Shown: in pieces, positions 48,753 through 56,854 of the stretch
Layout of the letters: each line of letters opens with the position of its first letter
Position numbering within the stretch: the stretch's first letter is position 1
DNA from: Candidatus Saccharimonadota bacterium
GTDB lineage: Bacteria > Patescibacteriota > Saccharimonadia > Saccharimonadales > JACOTW01
NCBI GenBank assembly: GCA_016178135.1
Contig: JACOTW010000002.1
Coordinates: 13,043-77,042 of the forward strand
Direction of reading: 5' to 3'
DNA length: 64,000 nt
The notes under the pieces: model-generated
Seen by the model: only the letters and a program-made list of their open reading frames with translations
What the model was told of the DNA's origin: nothing
The model's database searches: none
Translations under genes and position numbers: made by a program

Positions 48753-49832
48753 ATGGGAAATTATATGCAGGGACAACCAAGAATCGAAGTACTACTGGAA
48801 GAAGTCATCAAGCGTAAGGCTTCTGATTTGCACTTGCAAGTTGGATTGCCGCCTATGTTGCGCGTTGATGGGGCTTTAATAGCGGTAACTGGATCAGATG
48901 TATTAGATGAAGAAGGGGTTGAATTATTAATTTTTGCCGTACTGGATGAAGACCAGAAACAGATTCTATTGAAAGATAAAGAGTTTGATTTTAGTTTTGC
49001 TTTTGGTGATCTTGGTCGTTTTCGAGTAAACGCCTTCCATGAACGCGGCAATCTTGCGGCCGCCTTGCGCCTTATTCCGAATGAAATTTTAACTATCGAA
49101 CAACTTGGGCTACCACCAGTTGTCAATAAGTTTGCTGATTATCCGCGTGGCTTGGTGCTGATTACTGGGCCGACCGGTTCCGGCAAATCTACCACACTGG
49201 CCGCCTTAATACACAAGATTAATACAGAGCGAGCCGCGCATATTATCACCATTGAAGACCCAATTGAGTTTACCCATAAATATAGTAAATCCGTGATCGT
49301 ACAAAGAGAAGTGCACTATGATACCTATTCTTTTTCTGCCGCTTTGAGGAGTAGTTTGCGCGAAGATCCGGATGTTGTGATGATTGGTGAAATGCGCGAT
49401 CTAGAAACTATAGCCGCGGCTATTACGATTGCCGAAACTGGACATCTGGTCTTTGCCACTTTGCACACCAACTCTGCCGCTCAAAGCATTGACCGTATGA
49501 TTGACGTTTTTCCACCACATCAACAGCCCCAGATTCGTGCCCAATTGTCTAATATTCTGATGGTTATCTGTTCACAGCGTCTAGTGCCAGCCATAGGTGG
49601 TGGTCGATTAGCGGCTGCCGAAATTCTTATTGCTACTCCGGCTGTGCGTAATATTATTCGAGAAGGCAAGAGCCATCAACTTGAGGCAGTGATCCAAACC
49701 GGCGCGGAACACGGCATGCAATCCATGGACAAGACGCTGGCCAACATGATTCATAATGGTAGCATTAGTTATGAAGAAGCTCGCATGGTTGCTGTAGACT
49801 TAAAAGAACTTGATCGTTTAATGAGGGGCTAA
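48753..49832 (+). CDS. pilT: type IV pilus retraction ATPase
   Basis: ASDLHL, RFRVNAF, GPTGSGKSTTLA, LREDPD, AVRNIIRE, GMQSMD. Confidence 0.96.
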   Translation: MGNYMQGQPRIEVLLEEVIKRKASDLHLQVGLPPMLRVDGALIAVTGSDVLDEEGVELLIFAVLDEDQKQILLKDKEFDFSFAFGDLGRFRVNAFHERGNLAAALRLIPNEILTIEQLGLPPVVNKFADYPRGLVLITGPTGSGKSTTLAALIHKINTERAAHIITIEDPIEFTHKYSKSVIVQREVHYDTYSFSAALRSSLREDPDVVMIGEMRDLETIAAAITIAETGHLVFATLHTNSAAQSIDRMIDVFPPHQQPQIRAQLSNILMVICSQRLVPAIGGGRLAAAEILIATPAVRNIIREGKSHQLEAVIQTGAEHGMQSMDKTLANMIHNGSISYEEARMVAVDLKELDRLMRG

Positions 49833-49835
49833 AAA

Positions 49836-50093
49836 ATGAGTATACTGGACTTACGCAAAATCACCCGTTCCCAGGCTAAACTGGACTTACGCAAAATCGT
49901 CCGTTCCCAGAGTGAATTATTTCGAGCGAAAACTGTTTTATCTGAAGGAGAGGTAGCCTTAGCTACATCGAAAGAAGGCAGACCGCTACCAGCCGAGATG
50001 AATTGGTCTTGGGATGGGGGAGCTTTGCGTAAGTCCAGTATACAATTAGTACAATCCATGATTAGCCGGCATATTGGAGCTTCGGTATGTTGA
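49836..50093 (+). CDS. bridging ORF made of a partial plus a full family-A element
   Basis: Starts 3 nt after the pilT stop; its TGA overlaps the first codons of pilC. Confidence 0.45.
   Translation: MSILDLRKITRSQAKLDLRKIVRSQSELFRAKTVLSEGEVALATSKEGRPLPAEMNWSWDGGALRKSSIQLVQSMISRHIGASVC
49845..50038. mobile_element. compound family A element: 36-bp terminal fragment plus full 158-bp copy (49881-50038), TATA/TATA outer flanks
   Basis: CTGGACTTACGCAAAATC occurs at 49845 and 49881; single right end at 50038. Confidence 0.92.
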
Positions 50094-51307
50094 CCTACAA
50101 ATATATCGCTAAAGATATGACTAGTGGCCAGAAGATCAAGGCCCAGGTTCAGGCTGATAGTGAGCAAGAAGCAGCTAAATTGATTCATGCTCAAGGCTTT
50201 ACTCCACTCAATATTACTTTGGAGGGTGCTGGTGTTGGGAGCATATTTAAGCGTTTTGGTAATCATGTAAAAACCAAAGACAAGGTTTTGTTTTCGCGTC
50301 AATTATCTACGCTTATCAATGCTGGATTGCCAATAATTCAAAGTTTGCGCAGTGTTTTAAGCCAAACACAGAGTAAGCCATTAAAAGCAGTAATTAATCA
50401 AGTAATAACTGATGTAGAAGGCGGTTCGGCGCTTTCCGTGTCTTTAGGGCGGCATCCGGCTGTTTTTAACGATGTTTTCACTAGTCTGATTGCTGCCGGC
50501 GAGGTTTCTGGTACGCTGGATGCCGCGTTGGATCGGCTTGCTATTCAGCAAGAAAAAGACGCTGAAGTAATCAGTAAAGTTCGTGGCGCCATGATTTATC
50601 CAATCATTGTCGTTATTGTTATGATGGGCGTTGTTGGTTTTATGGTTGTTACGGTCTTGCCGCAAGTGGAGATTTTATATGACGGCTTACCGGGCTCTAA
50701 ATTGCCGTTTGTTACGGTGGCTCTCTTGGCGCTGTCGCATTTTGTCATAAAATTTTGGTGGCTTGTTCTCGTGTCGTTGGTTGTATTCGTACTTTTCACG
50801 ACGCGCTGGGCCAGGACATTGGCGGGTAAGCGAGTATTTGATAAGCTCAAAATGAAAAGCTGGCCAATCGGCCCATTGTTCATGAAACTTTATATGGCGC
50901 GTTTTGCCCGAACCGGCACTACACTGGTATCCAGTGGCGTACCACTGATACAAATGCTGGAAATAACATCTGACGCTATAGACAACGTTCATATTGCAGA
51001 ATCAATCAAGGCGGCCATAGAAAAGGTCAAGGGCGGTAAAGCGCTATCGACTGCTCTTGAAAATGATCCTAACTTTTTAGAACTGGTACCGAATATGTTA
51101 AAAATTGGTGAACAATCAGGTTCTATAGAGCAAATGCTAGCCAAAACAGCCGACTATTACGAAAAAGAGGTAGACAACCAAATCAAAGCCATATCAACCA
51201 TTATCGAACCAGTCATGATGGTATTGATAGGTGGTATGGCGTTTATCATTGTAGCGGCCGTATTGTTGCCAATTTATGGCCTGGCTGGCCAAAATATCAT
51301 CAAATAG
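50087..51307 (+). CDS. pilC: type IV pilus platform protein (T2SS F family)
   Basis: FSRQLSTLINAGLP, AGEVSGTL, AMIYP, IGEQSG, IEPVMM. Confidence 0.95.
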   Translation: MLTYKYIAKDMTSGQKIKAQVQADSEQEAAKLIHAQGFTPLNITLEGAGVGSIFKRFGNHVKTKDKVLFSRQLSTLINAGLPIIQSLRSVLSQTQSKPLKAVINQVITDVEGGSALSVSLGRHPAVFNDVFTSLIAAGEVSGTLDAALDRLAIQQEKDAEVISKVRGAMIYPIIVVIVMMGVVGFMVVTVLPQVEILYDGLPGSKLPFVTVALLALSHFVIKFWWLVLVSLVVFVLFTTRWARTLAGKRVFDKLKMKSWPIGPLFMKLYMARFARTGTTLVSSGVPLIQMLEITSDAIDNVHIAESIKAAIEKVKGGKALSTALENDPNFLELVPNMLKIGEQSGSIEQMLAKTADYYEKEVDNQIKAISTIIEPVMMVLIGGMAFIIVAAVLLPIYGLAGQNIIK

Positions 51308-51490
51308 ACCTCTTTTGTAATCATCAGCTCACTTCTGAAACTCGCGATATTTTTTAACTACCCGGAGAGTTATTCACAGGTTCTTAGGTGTTTTAGCTAT
51401 AAAGTTAGAAAAATGCTTGTGCTTTTTGAAAAAAGTTCGTAAAATTAGGCTAGTAATATTAATAATCATATTCTAAGGGGGCATTTGTTT

Positions 51491-51955
51491 ATGTATACAA
51501 AACTAAAACAACGAGAAGAAGGCTTTTCTATCATAGAAGTCTTGATAGTACTGGCTATTGCTGGACTTATCATGTTGATTGTGTTCTTGGCCGTTCCGGC
51601 CCTGCAACGTAACAGTCGAAACACTCAAAGGCGTAGTCAGGTAGCCGGTTATCTGGGCGCGACTACCGAGTTCATGTCAAACAACAATGGCGCATTGCCA
51701 ACTACGGTTGCTCATGCAACAACCATTAATGGTCTTGCTGCTGACAGTATCATGACAGAGCCTACCGTCGCTCCAGCTGTTGGTGCTCAAGCTGGCGTTA
51801 TCTCTAACAATGGTCCATTTCAACTGGTTACTGCCGCAAAGTGCGATACAGCAACTATAGGTAACACTATAGCTGGTCCAGCCAGAGCTGTTGCTCTTCG
51901 CTTCGCAACCGAAAACTCCACTGGTGGTAACGTACCACAGTGCCAAGAAGGTTAA
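51491..51955 (+). CDS. pilA: type IV pilin, probably the major pilin
   Basis: Class III signal EEG|FSIIEVLIVLAIAGLI; own SD and strong terminator; C-terminal Cys pair. Confidence 0.85.
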   Translation: MYTKLKQREEGFSIIEVLIVLAIAGLIMLIVFLAVPALQRNSRNTQRRSQVAGYLGATTEFMSNNNGALPTTVAHATTINGLAADSIMTEPTVAPAVGAQAGVISNNGPFQLVTAAKCDTATIGNTIAGPARAVALRFATENSTGGNVPQCQEG

Positions 51956-51973
51956 ATCTTAGCCCGCGATAAT

Positions 51974-52007
51974 ATAAATAGCGACTCCGAAAGGAGTCGC
52001 TATTTAT
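51974..52007 (+). terminator. intrinsic terminator after the pilin gene
   Basis: ATAAATAGCGACTCC-GAAA-GGAGTCGCTATTTAT perfect 15-bp stem. Confidence 0.85.
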
Positions 52008-52052
52008 TATTGCCTAAACCGTACATATAAATATATGTTAATATAACTTCTA

Positions 52053-53042
52053 ATGATTAACGGTATAATTATAGTTTTTGTTGGATTGGTTTTGGGTAGT
52101 TTTGTCAACGCGTTGGTTTGGCGGCTACATCTACTGGCCTTACGCAAAGCTCCCTCATCCCCAGACCGACTAACCTCGGCTACAAACAGTTTTTCCTCTC
52201 TCGATGTACCTTCAGGTACCTCTCCTTCGGATAAAACTGTTTTCGCTCGAGCTGATTCGCTCTGGGAACGAGGGATTTTGCGTAAATCCAGCCTACAATC
52301 CACCAAACATCCAAAAAAACCTGATAATAAAAAATATTCGATTGTTAGTGGGCGTAGCATGTGTCCAGATTGCCGACACCAGTTGGCCTGGTATGATTTG
52401 ATCCCAGTCATTAGTTGGCTAGGTCTTCGGGGGCGCTGTCGCTATTGCCATAGACCAATAAGTTGGCAGTATCCATTAGTGGAAATACTAACTGCTGTAA
52501 CTTTTATCACATCGTATGTTTATTGGCCTTACTCTTGGTCTGCTATTGGTATTACGTTATTTATTGTTTGGATCGTGTCGCTTATCAGTTTCATGGCGCT
52601 TGCCGTCTATGATTTGCGTTGGTTTATTTTGCCGGATAAAATTGTATTTCCTTTAGTCGGACTTGCGGCCATCCAGATCATCATGCGGACTGTATTATAT
52701 GGCGAAATAAGTCCTATACTAGGTGGTCTAATAGGTGTTGTTACGCTTGCTGGTTTATTTTATGCACTGTTCCAATTCTCAAAAGGACAGTGGATTGGTG
52801 GAGGAGATGTAAAGCTGGCAGTAGCTCTAGGTATGTTGGCAGGCGGAGCGGCCGAGAGCGTGTTACTGCTATTTTTAGCATCGTTAATTGGTACTTTGGT
52901 GAGTTTACCACTTCTGTTAAGTAAGAAACTAAAAAAGAATAGCCGGATTCCATTCGGCCCCTTACTTCTTATGGCTACCTTTATCGTCTATATTTTTGGG
53001 TCTGACATCATTAATTGGCTTAAGCTGTATTATTTTTATTAG
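52053..53042 (+). CDS. pilD: prepilin peptidase with 54-aa in-frame repeat insertion
   Basis: GSFVNALVWRL, RSMCPDC, DLIPVISWLGLRGRCRYC, YPLVE, GGGDVKL, IPFGP. Confidence 0.95.
   Translation: MINGIIIVFVGLVLGSFVNALVWRLHLLALRKAPSSPDRLTSATNSFSSLDVPSGTSPSDKTVFARADSLWERGILRKSSLQSTKHPKKPDNKKYSIVSGRSMCPDCRHQLAWYDLIPVISWLGLRGRCRYCHRPISWQYPLVEILTAVTFITSYVYWPYSWSAIGITLFIVWIVSLISFMALAVYDLRWFILPDKIVFPLVGLAAIQIIMRTVLYGEISPILGGLIGVVTLAGLFYALFQFSKGQWIGGGDVKLAVALGMLAGGAAESVLLLFLASLIGTLVSLPLLLSKKLKKNSRIPFGPLLLMATFIVYIFGSDIINWLKLYYFY
52134..52291. mobile_element. family A element (158 bp, flanks TCTA/CCTA) in frame in pilD
   Basis: CTGGCCTTACGCAAAG...TTTTGCGTAAATCCAG. Confidence 0.93.
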
Positions 53043-53043
53043 A

Positions 53044-53136
53044 TAGAATTTTCGCACTTTTTCATCACCCCAGATCATACTTGAACGGCCATAAACATTA
53101 CTCAAAATTTGGTCATTTTGTTTTGGGATGGCTATA
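53044..53136. repeat. degenerate family D/B hybrid element
   Basis: Left TAGAATTTTCGCACTTTTTCATCACCCCAGATCATACTTGAACGGC resembles 60467 and 61647; right AAAATTTGGTCATTTTGTTTTG..GGCTATA resembles 63230-63262. Confidence 0.55.
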
Positions 53137-53179
53137 CATAGTCCTTATGTTATAATTCGAGTGGACATGGATATCTATT

Positions 53180-54289
53180 ATGGACAGTCATAAACAGCCA
53201 CAAGCATCCCATAGATCTTATAGTCAGGGCAGTTTACTCGACTCACCCAAAATCGCCCGTTCCCGGAGTGAATTATCTCGAGCGAAAACTGTTTTATCTG
53301 AAAGAGGGGTACCTGAAGGTACATCGAGAGAGGAAAAACTGTTTGTAGCCGAGGTTAGTCGATCTGGCGATGGAGGAGTTTTGGGTAAGTCGAGTATAGG
53401 CTATACGATTGTTGAAGTTATGATTTTTCTGGCTATTTCCAGTGCCATACTTGTTAGTGCTTTATTGTTGGTAGGTGGGCAACAACAAAAAACGCAGTTC
53501 ACCCAATCTTTAAGAGATATTGATTCTCATATTCGTGACGTAATGAATGACGTGTCAGCTGGTATTTATAGTAATACTGGCAATTTTCAGTGCCTGGCAG
53601 ATAATGCCGGCAGTGCTCCAGTTATATCGGCTGGTGCCGATAAACAAGGAGCAAATGTCAGCTGTATTTACATCGGTAAGGTTTTACAGTTTGGACCGGC
53701 TTCCAGTCCAGAGGATTTCAATGTGTTTAGTGTTGCCGGCCGTCAATTTCGAGGCGCGCCAATTGCCTCAAAGTTAGTTTCAGATATAACAGAGTCTAAG
53801 CCAGTGCCAATAGCGCCGAATATCGCTCATCTTGCCATGATTGGTCCAGGATTAGATGCTACAGATTACAATAAACTCGATTACGGACTTACTATAAAAG
53901 ACAATAGTGATGGGGCTCATCCGGGCTTAAGTTATGATAATGGTAGTGGCCCGCAGGCCATAGGGGCATTTGGCTTTTTTTCTAACTTTGTTACTTATCC
54001 TGACGGTAGTGCAAGTCCTGAATCAGGTCGACAGTTTACCGATATTTGGGTGATCCCTGCCAGTGCTTATGGCGATGATGCGCGAAATGTTGCCGACGAC
54101 ATCATTGATATTGGTGGTTTAAGCAGTTCAGCTGCTACCTCGTTTAAAAATCCGGCTAAAGGTATTACTTTATGTTTTTTGAGTAGCGGAACAGATCAAT
54201 ATGGCAAAATAACTATCGGTGATAATAATCAAAGACTTGCTACTACGTTGTCAGTAGGTTACAGAGGAGATGGGAGTATTTGTACATGA
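53180..54289 (+). CDS. minor pilin with a family-A element inside its leader peptide
   Basis: G|YTIVEVMIFLAISSAIL class III site directly after the repeat-encoded ...VLGKSSI. Confidence 0.85.
   Translation: MDSHKQPQASHRSYSQGSLLDSPKIARSRSELSRAKTVLSERGVPEGTSREEKLFVAEVSRSGDGGVLGKSSIGYTIVEVMIFLAISSAILVSALLLVGGQQQKTQFTQSLRDIDSHIRDVMNDVSAGIYSNTGNFQCLADNAGSAPVISAGADKQGANVSCIYIGKVLQFGPASSPEDFNVFSVAGRQFRGAPIASKLVSDITESKPVPIAPNIAHLAMIGPGLDATDYNKLDYGLTIKDNSDGAHPGLSYDNGSGPQAIGAFGFFSNFVTYPDGSASPESGRQFTDIWVIPASAYGDDARNVADDIIDIGGLSSSAATSFKNPAKGITLCFLSSGTDQYGKITIGDNNQRLATTLSVGYRGDGSICT
53237..53394. mobile_element. family A element (158 bp, flanks TTTA/TATA), variant termini
   Basis: CTCGACTCACCCAAAA / TTTTGGGTAAGTCGAG. 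Confidence 0.93.
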
Positions 54290-54813
54290 AACTAGCGATG
54301 CGCGGAGATACGATTGTTGAGGTATTGATTGCAATCACTATTATAGGCATTGTTTTAAGTGGTGCTTATGTGGCGGTTAATAGCAGTCTAAATGCCTCAC
54401 AGGACTCTCTAGAAAGAAGTTCGGGTACAAAACTTGCCGAAAGCCAGTTAGAACGCCTAAAAAGCGTATCTGACGACGAGATAACCGCTGCGATCTTTGA
54501 TACTAGCAAGCACCGAGTATTTTGTATGGATACCTCAAACACAAGACAGGACTTTACTACCAAGGCTGTCGGTGATGCTATGCCACCTCCTGACTCTGAT
54601 ATTTTAAGCTCTCCTCCAGGAGGTGATTATCCAGCCAGTTGTATTATAGATAATGCTAACGATGAATATAATGCCGGAAGTCGAGGTATTCAATATTATG
54701 TATCCATTGAACGCGATGAAACTGATCACCACAAATGGATCGCTCGAGCACGTTGGCAGGGTACGGGTATTAAGGGTGTGCAAGAAGCTTCTGTAGCTTA
54801 TAGGGTGTATTGA
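54286..54813 (+). CDS. minor pilin (PilV-like)
   Basis: RG|DTIVEVLIAITIIG, AESQLERLK. Confidence 0.85.
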   Translation: MKLAMRGDTIVEVLIAITIIGIVLSGAYVAVNSSLNASQDSLERSSGTKLAESQLERLKSVSDDEITAAIFDTSKHRVFCMDTSNTRQDFTTKAVGDAMPPPDSDILSSPPGGDYPASCIIDNANDEYNAGSRGIQYYVSIERDETDHHKWIARARWQGTGIKGVQEASVAYRVY

Positions 54814-54814
54814 T

Positions 54815-55444
54815 ATGAAAAACAAACAAACTGGATTCACGATTATTGAACTACTAATAGCAACACTTGTATTTTCTGTAATATTACTTTTGGCCACAAG
54901 CGGGCTTTTACAGATTGGTCGTTTGTATAATAAGGGAGTTATTAATAGTAGAACCCAAGAAGTGGCCAGAACAATTATGGAAGACATATCCCAGTCCATT
55001 CAGTTTAATGGCGGTAACGTAACTCCTGCTATTATGTCCAGTGGCGTAGCTCCGAATACCTCTACGGGTTTTTGCATTGGCCAACGCCGTTACAGTATGA
55101 TATTAGGCAAGGAGATGGCCGATACTTCTACGAGTCATGGTTTGGTCGCGGACACTATTACTAGTTCATGTACCACAAGTGTAGCCGCTCTGGATCTTTC
55201 ACAGACAAGTCCACCAGGAGCCAATAACCCAAGAGAGTTTCTGGCGCCATTTATGCGTATTGCTTACCTCGATGTTACCTCGTATGGTAATAATCTGTAT
55301 AGAATTAGTCTTAGGCTTGCATATGGTGACGACGATTTGTTAACTAGCTTAACTGGATACACTGCTCAATGTAAAGATGAGGATGGTACTCAATTCTGCT
55401 CAACGGCGGAATTGAGTACAATTATTCAGAAACGTGTAAAATAA
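54815..55444 (+). CDS. minor pilin (PilW-like)
   Basis: QTG|FTIIELLIATLVFS. Confidence 0.88.
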   Translation: MKNKQTGFTIIELLIATLVFSVILLLATSGLLQIGRLYNKGVINSRTQEVARTIMEDISQSIQFNGGNVTPAIMSSGVAPNTSTGFCIGQRRYSMILGKEMADTSTSHGLVADTITSSCTTSVAALDLSQTSPPGANNPREFLAPFMRIAYLDVTSYGNNLYRISLRLAYGDDDLLTSLTGYTAQCKDEDGTQFCSTAELSTIIQKRVK

Positions 55445-55463
55445 AGGAAGTAGCACTAGCATT

Positions 55464-56666
55464 ATGAAAAAAATCATTACACTGGACTTACGCAAAATCG
55501 CCCGTTCCCAGGCTAAATCAGCTCGAGTTGGGAGTGGTTTAGCTGAAGGAGAGGTAGCCATAGCTACATCGAGAGAAGACAGACTGCTACCAGCCGAGAT
55601 GAATTGGTCTGGGAATGGGGGAGCTTTGCGTAAGTCCAGTACACTCAAAAAAAACCAGTCTGGTCTAGTTTCTATAATAGTAACCTTGATAATCATGTTG
55701 GTTATGAGCTTAATTGTTATTGGCTTTGCTAAGCTGGTACGGCGTGATCAACGCCAAACGCTTGATAAGCAACTTAATGCCCAGGCGTTTTATGCTGCCG
55801 AAGCAGGCATTAATGACGCTAGGCAAGATATTAGGGTCGCCCTTAATGCTGGAACACCAATTCCAGAGAAATCTACCTGTGCCCCAAACAGTAGTCCGCC
55901 TTTTGATAAGTCAAATATAGTTGATAGCGCACGTAACATTTCTTATACCTGTCTTCTTGTCGATCCGACGCCTGAAAGTCTGGAATACAGCAATATTGAC
56001 ACCAGCACCTCGACAGTTGTGCCGGTAACACTTAAAGATACGACCGACCACATTACGTCAATAACTGTAAGCTGGCAAGCTAAAGATGGAAATACGAATT
56101 TTGCTTGTCCGGGTAGCGGTGTTTATCCGGCTCTGCCCGCGTCTTCTCTATGGGGATGTGGTATAGGTATTATGCGACTAGATCTTGTCCCGACTGATGG
56201 ACATAAGACAAGGGCTGATTATACGAATACGACTTTCAGTAGATTCCTGTATCCTTTACCGGGGTCGCCAGGAGTTAATTCTGTTGGATATGTAGGTAGT
56301 CAAGGTGATTTTGTGCCAGTACAGTGCAGTGCTACGGCTGTACCAAAATACTGTACGTTAACCATAACGGGTTTAAGCACCACCAATTTATATATCCGTC
56401 TGAAGTCAATATATATTGCTTCAAACGCTACGATTACTTGTACGACTGCCTCGGGTGCGGCATGTGAAATGGGCGGGACGCAGATATTGGTTGATTCTAC
56501 AGGGAAAGCCAATGACGTTTTACGTCGTATACAGGTGAGGGTTCCTGATGTAATATCAGGTATATTGCCGGAAGGAGCGCTTGATACCAGTAGCAATATC
56601 TGTAAACGTTACGTTATTGTTAATAACTCTTCTTTGAGCGATCCTGATTCATGCGGTACCAATTAA
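55464..56666 (+). CDS. PilX-like minor pilin with a family-A element in its leader peptide
   Basis: NQSG|LVSIIVTLIIM (no Glu5), QAFYAAEAGINDA PilX motif. Confidence 0.88.
   Translation: MKKIITLDLRKIARSQAKSARVGSGLAEGEVAIATSREDRLLPAEMNWSGNGGALRKSSTLKKNQSGLVSIIVTLIIMLVMSLIVIGFAKLVRRDQRQTLDKQLNAQAFYAAEAGINDARQDIRVALNAGTPIPEKSTCAPNSSPPFDKSNIVDSARNISYTCLLVDPTPESLEYSNIDTSTSTVVPVTLKDTTDHITSITVSWQAKDGNTNFACPGSGVYPALPASSLWGCGIGIMRLDLVPTDGHKTRADYTNTTFSRFLYPLPGSPGVNSVGYVGSQGDFVPVQCSATAVPKYCTLTITGLSTTNLYIRLKSIYIASNATITCTTASGAACEMGGTQILVDSTGKANDVLRRIQVRVPDVISGILPEGALDTSSNICKRYVIVNNSSLSDPDSCGTN
55482..55639. mobile_element. family A element (158 bp, TSD TACA) in frame in the pilX leader
   Basis: TACA-CTGGACTTACGCAAAA...CTTTGCGTAAGTCCAG-TACA. 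Confidence 0.95.
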
Positions 56667-56672
56667 TCTTTA

Positions 56673-56830
56673 CTGGACTTACGCAAAATCCCTTGTTCCC
56701 AGGGTGAATCAGCTCGAGCGAAAACAGTTTTGTCTGAAGGAGAGGTACCCAGGAGGTACATCGAGAGAAGAAAAACTGTTTGTAGCCGAGGTTAGTCGGT
56801 CTGGGAACGAGGGATTTTGCGTAAGTCCAG
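56673..56830. mobile_element. family A element (158 bp, TSD TTTA) between convergent genes
   Basis: TTTA-CTGGACTTACGCAAAATCCCTTGTTCCCAG / CTGGGAACGAGGGATTTTGCGTAAGTCCAG-TTTA. Confidence 0.95.
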
Positions 56831-56854
56831 TTTAGGAATTAGTTTATAAGACTT

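Noticed and set aside
51370..51378. DnaA-box-like TTATTCACA
   Set aside because: Single imperfect box with no cluster or dnaA nearby.
49829..55696. Antisense ORFs containing LDLRK...LRKSS (49829..50302, 52007..52411, 55400..55696; also 34571..34951)
   Set aside because: These are by-products of the element being open on both strands; they overlap real genes on the opposite strand.
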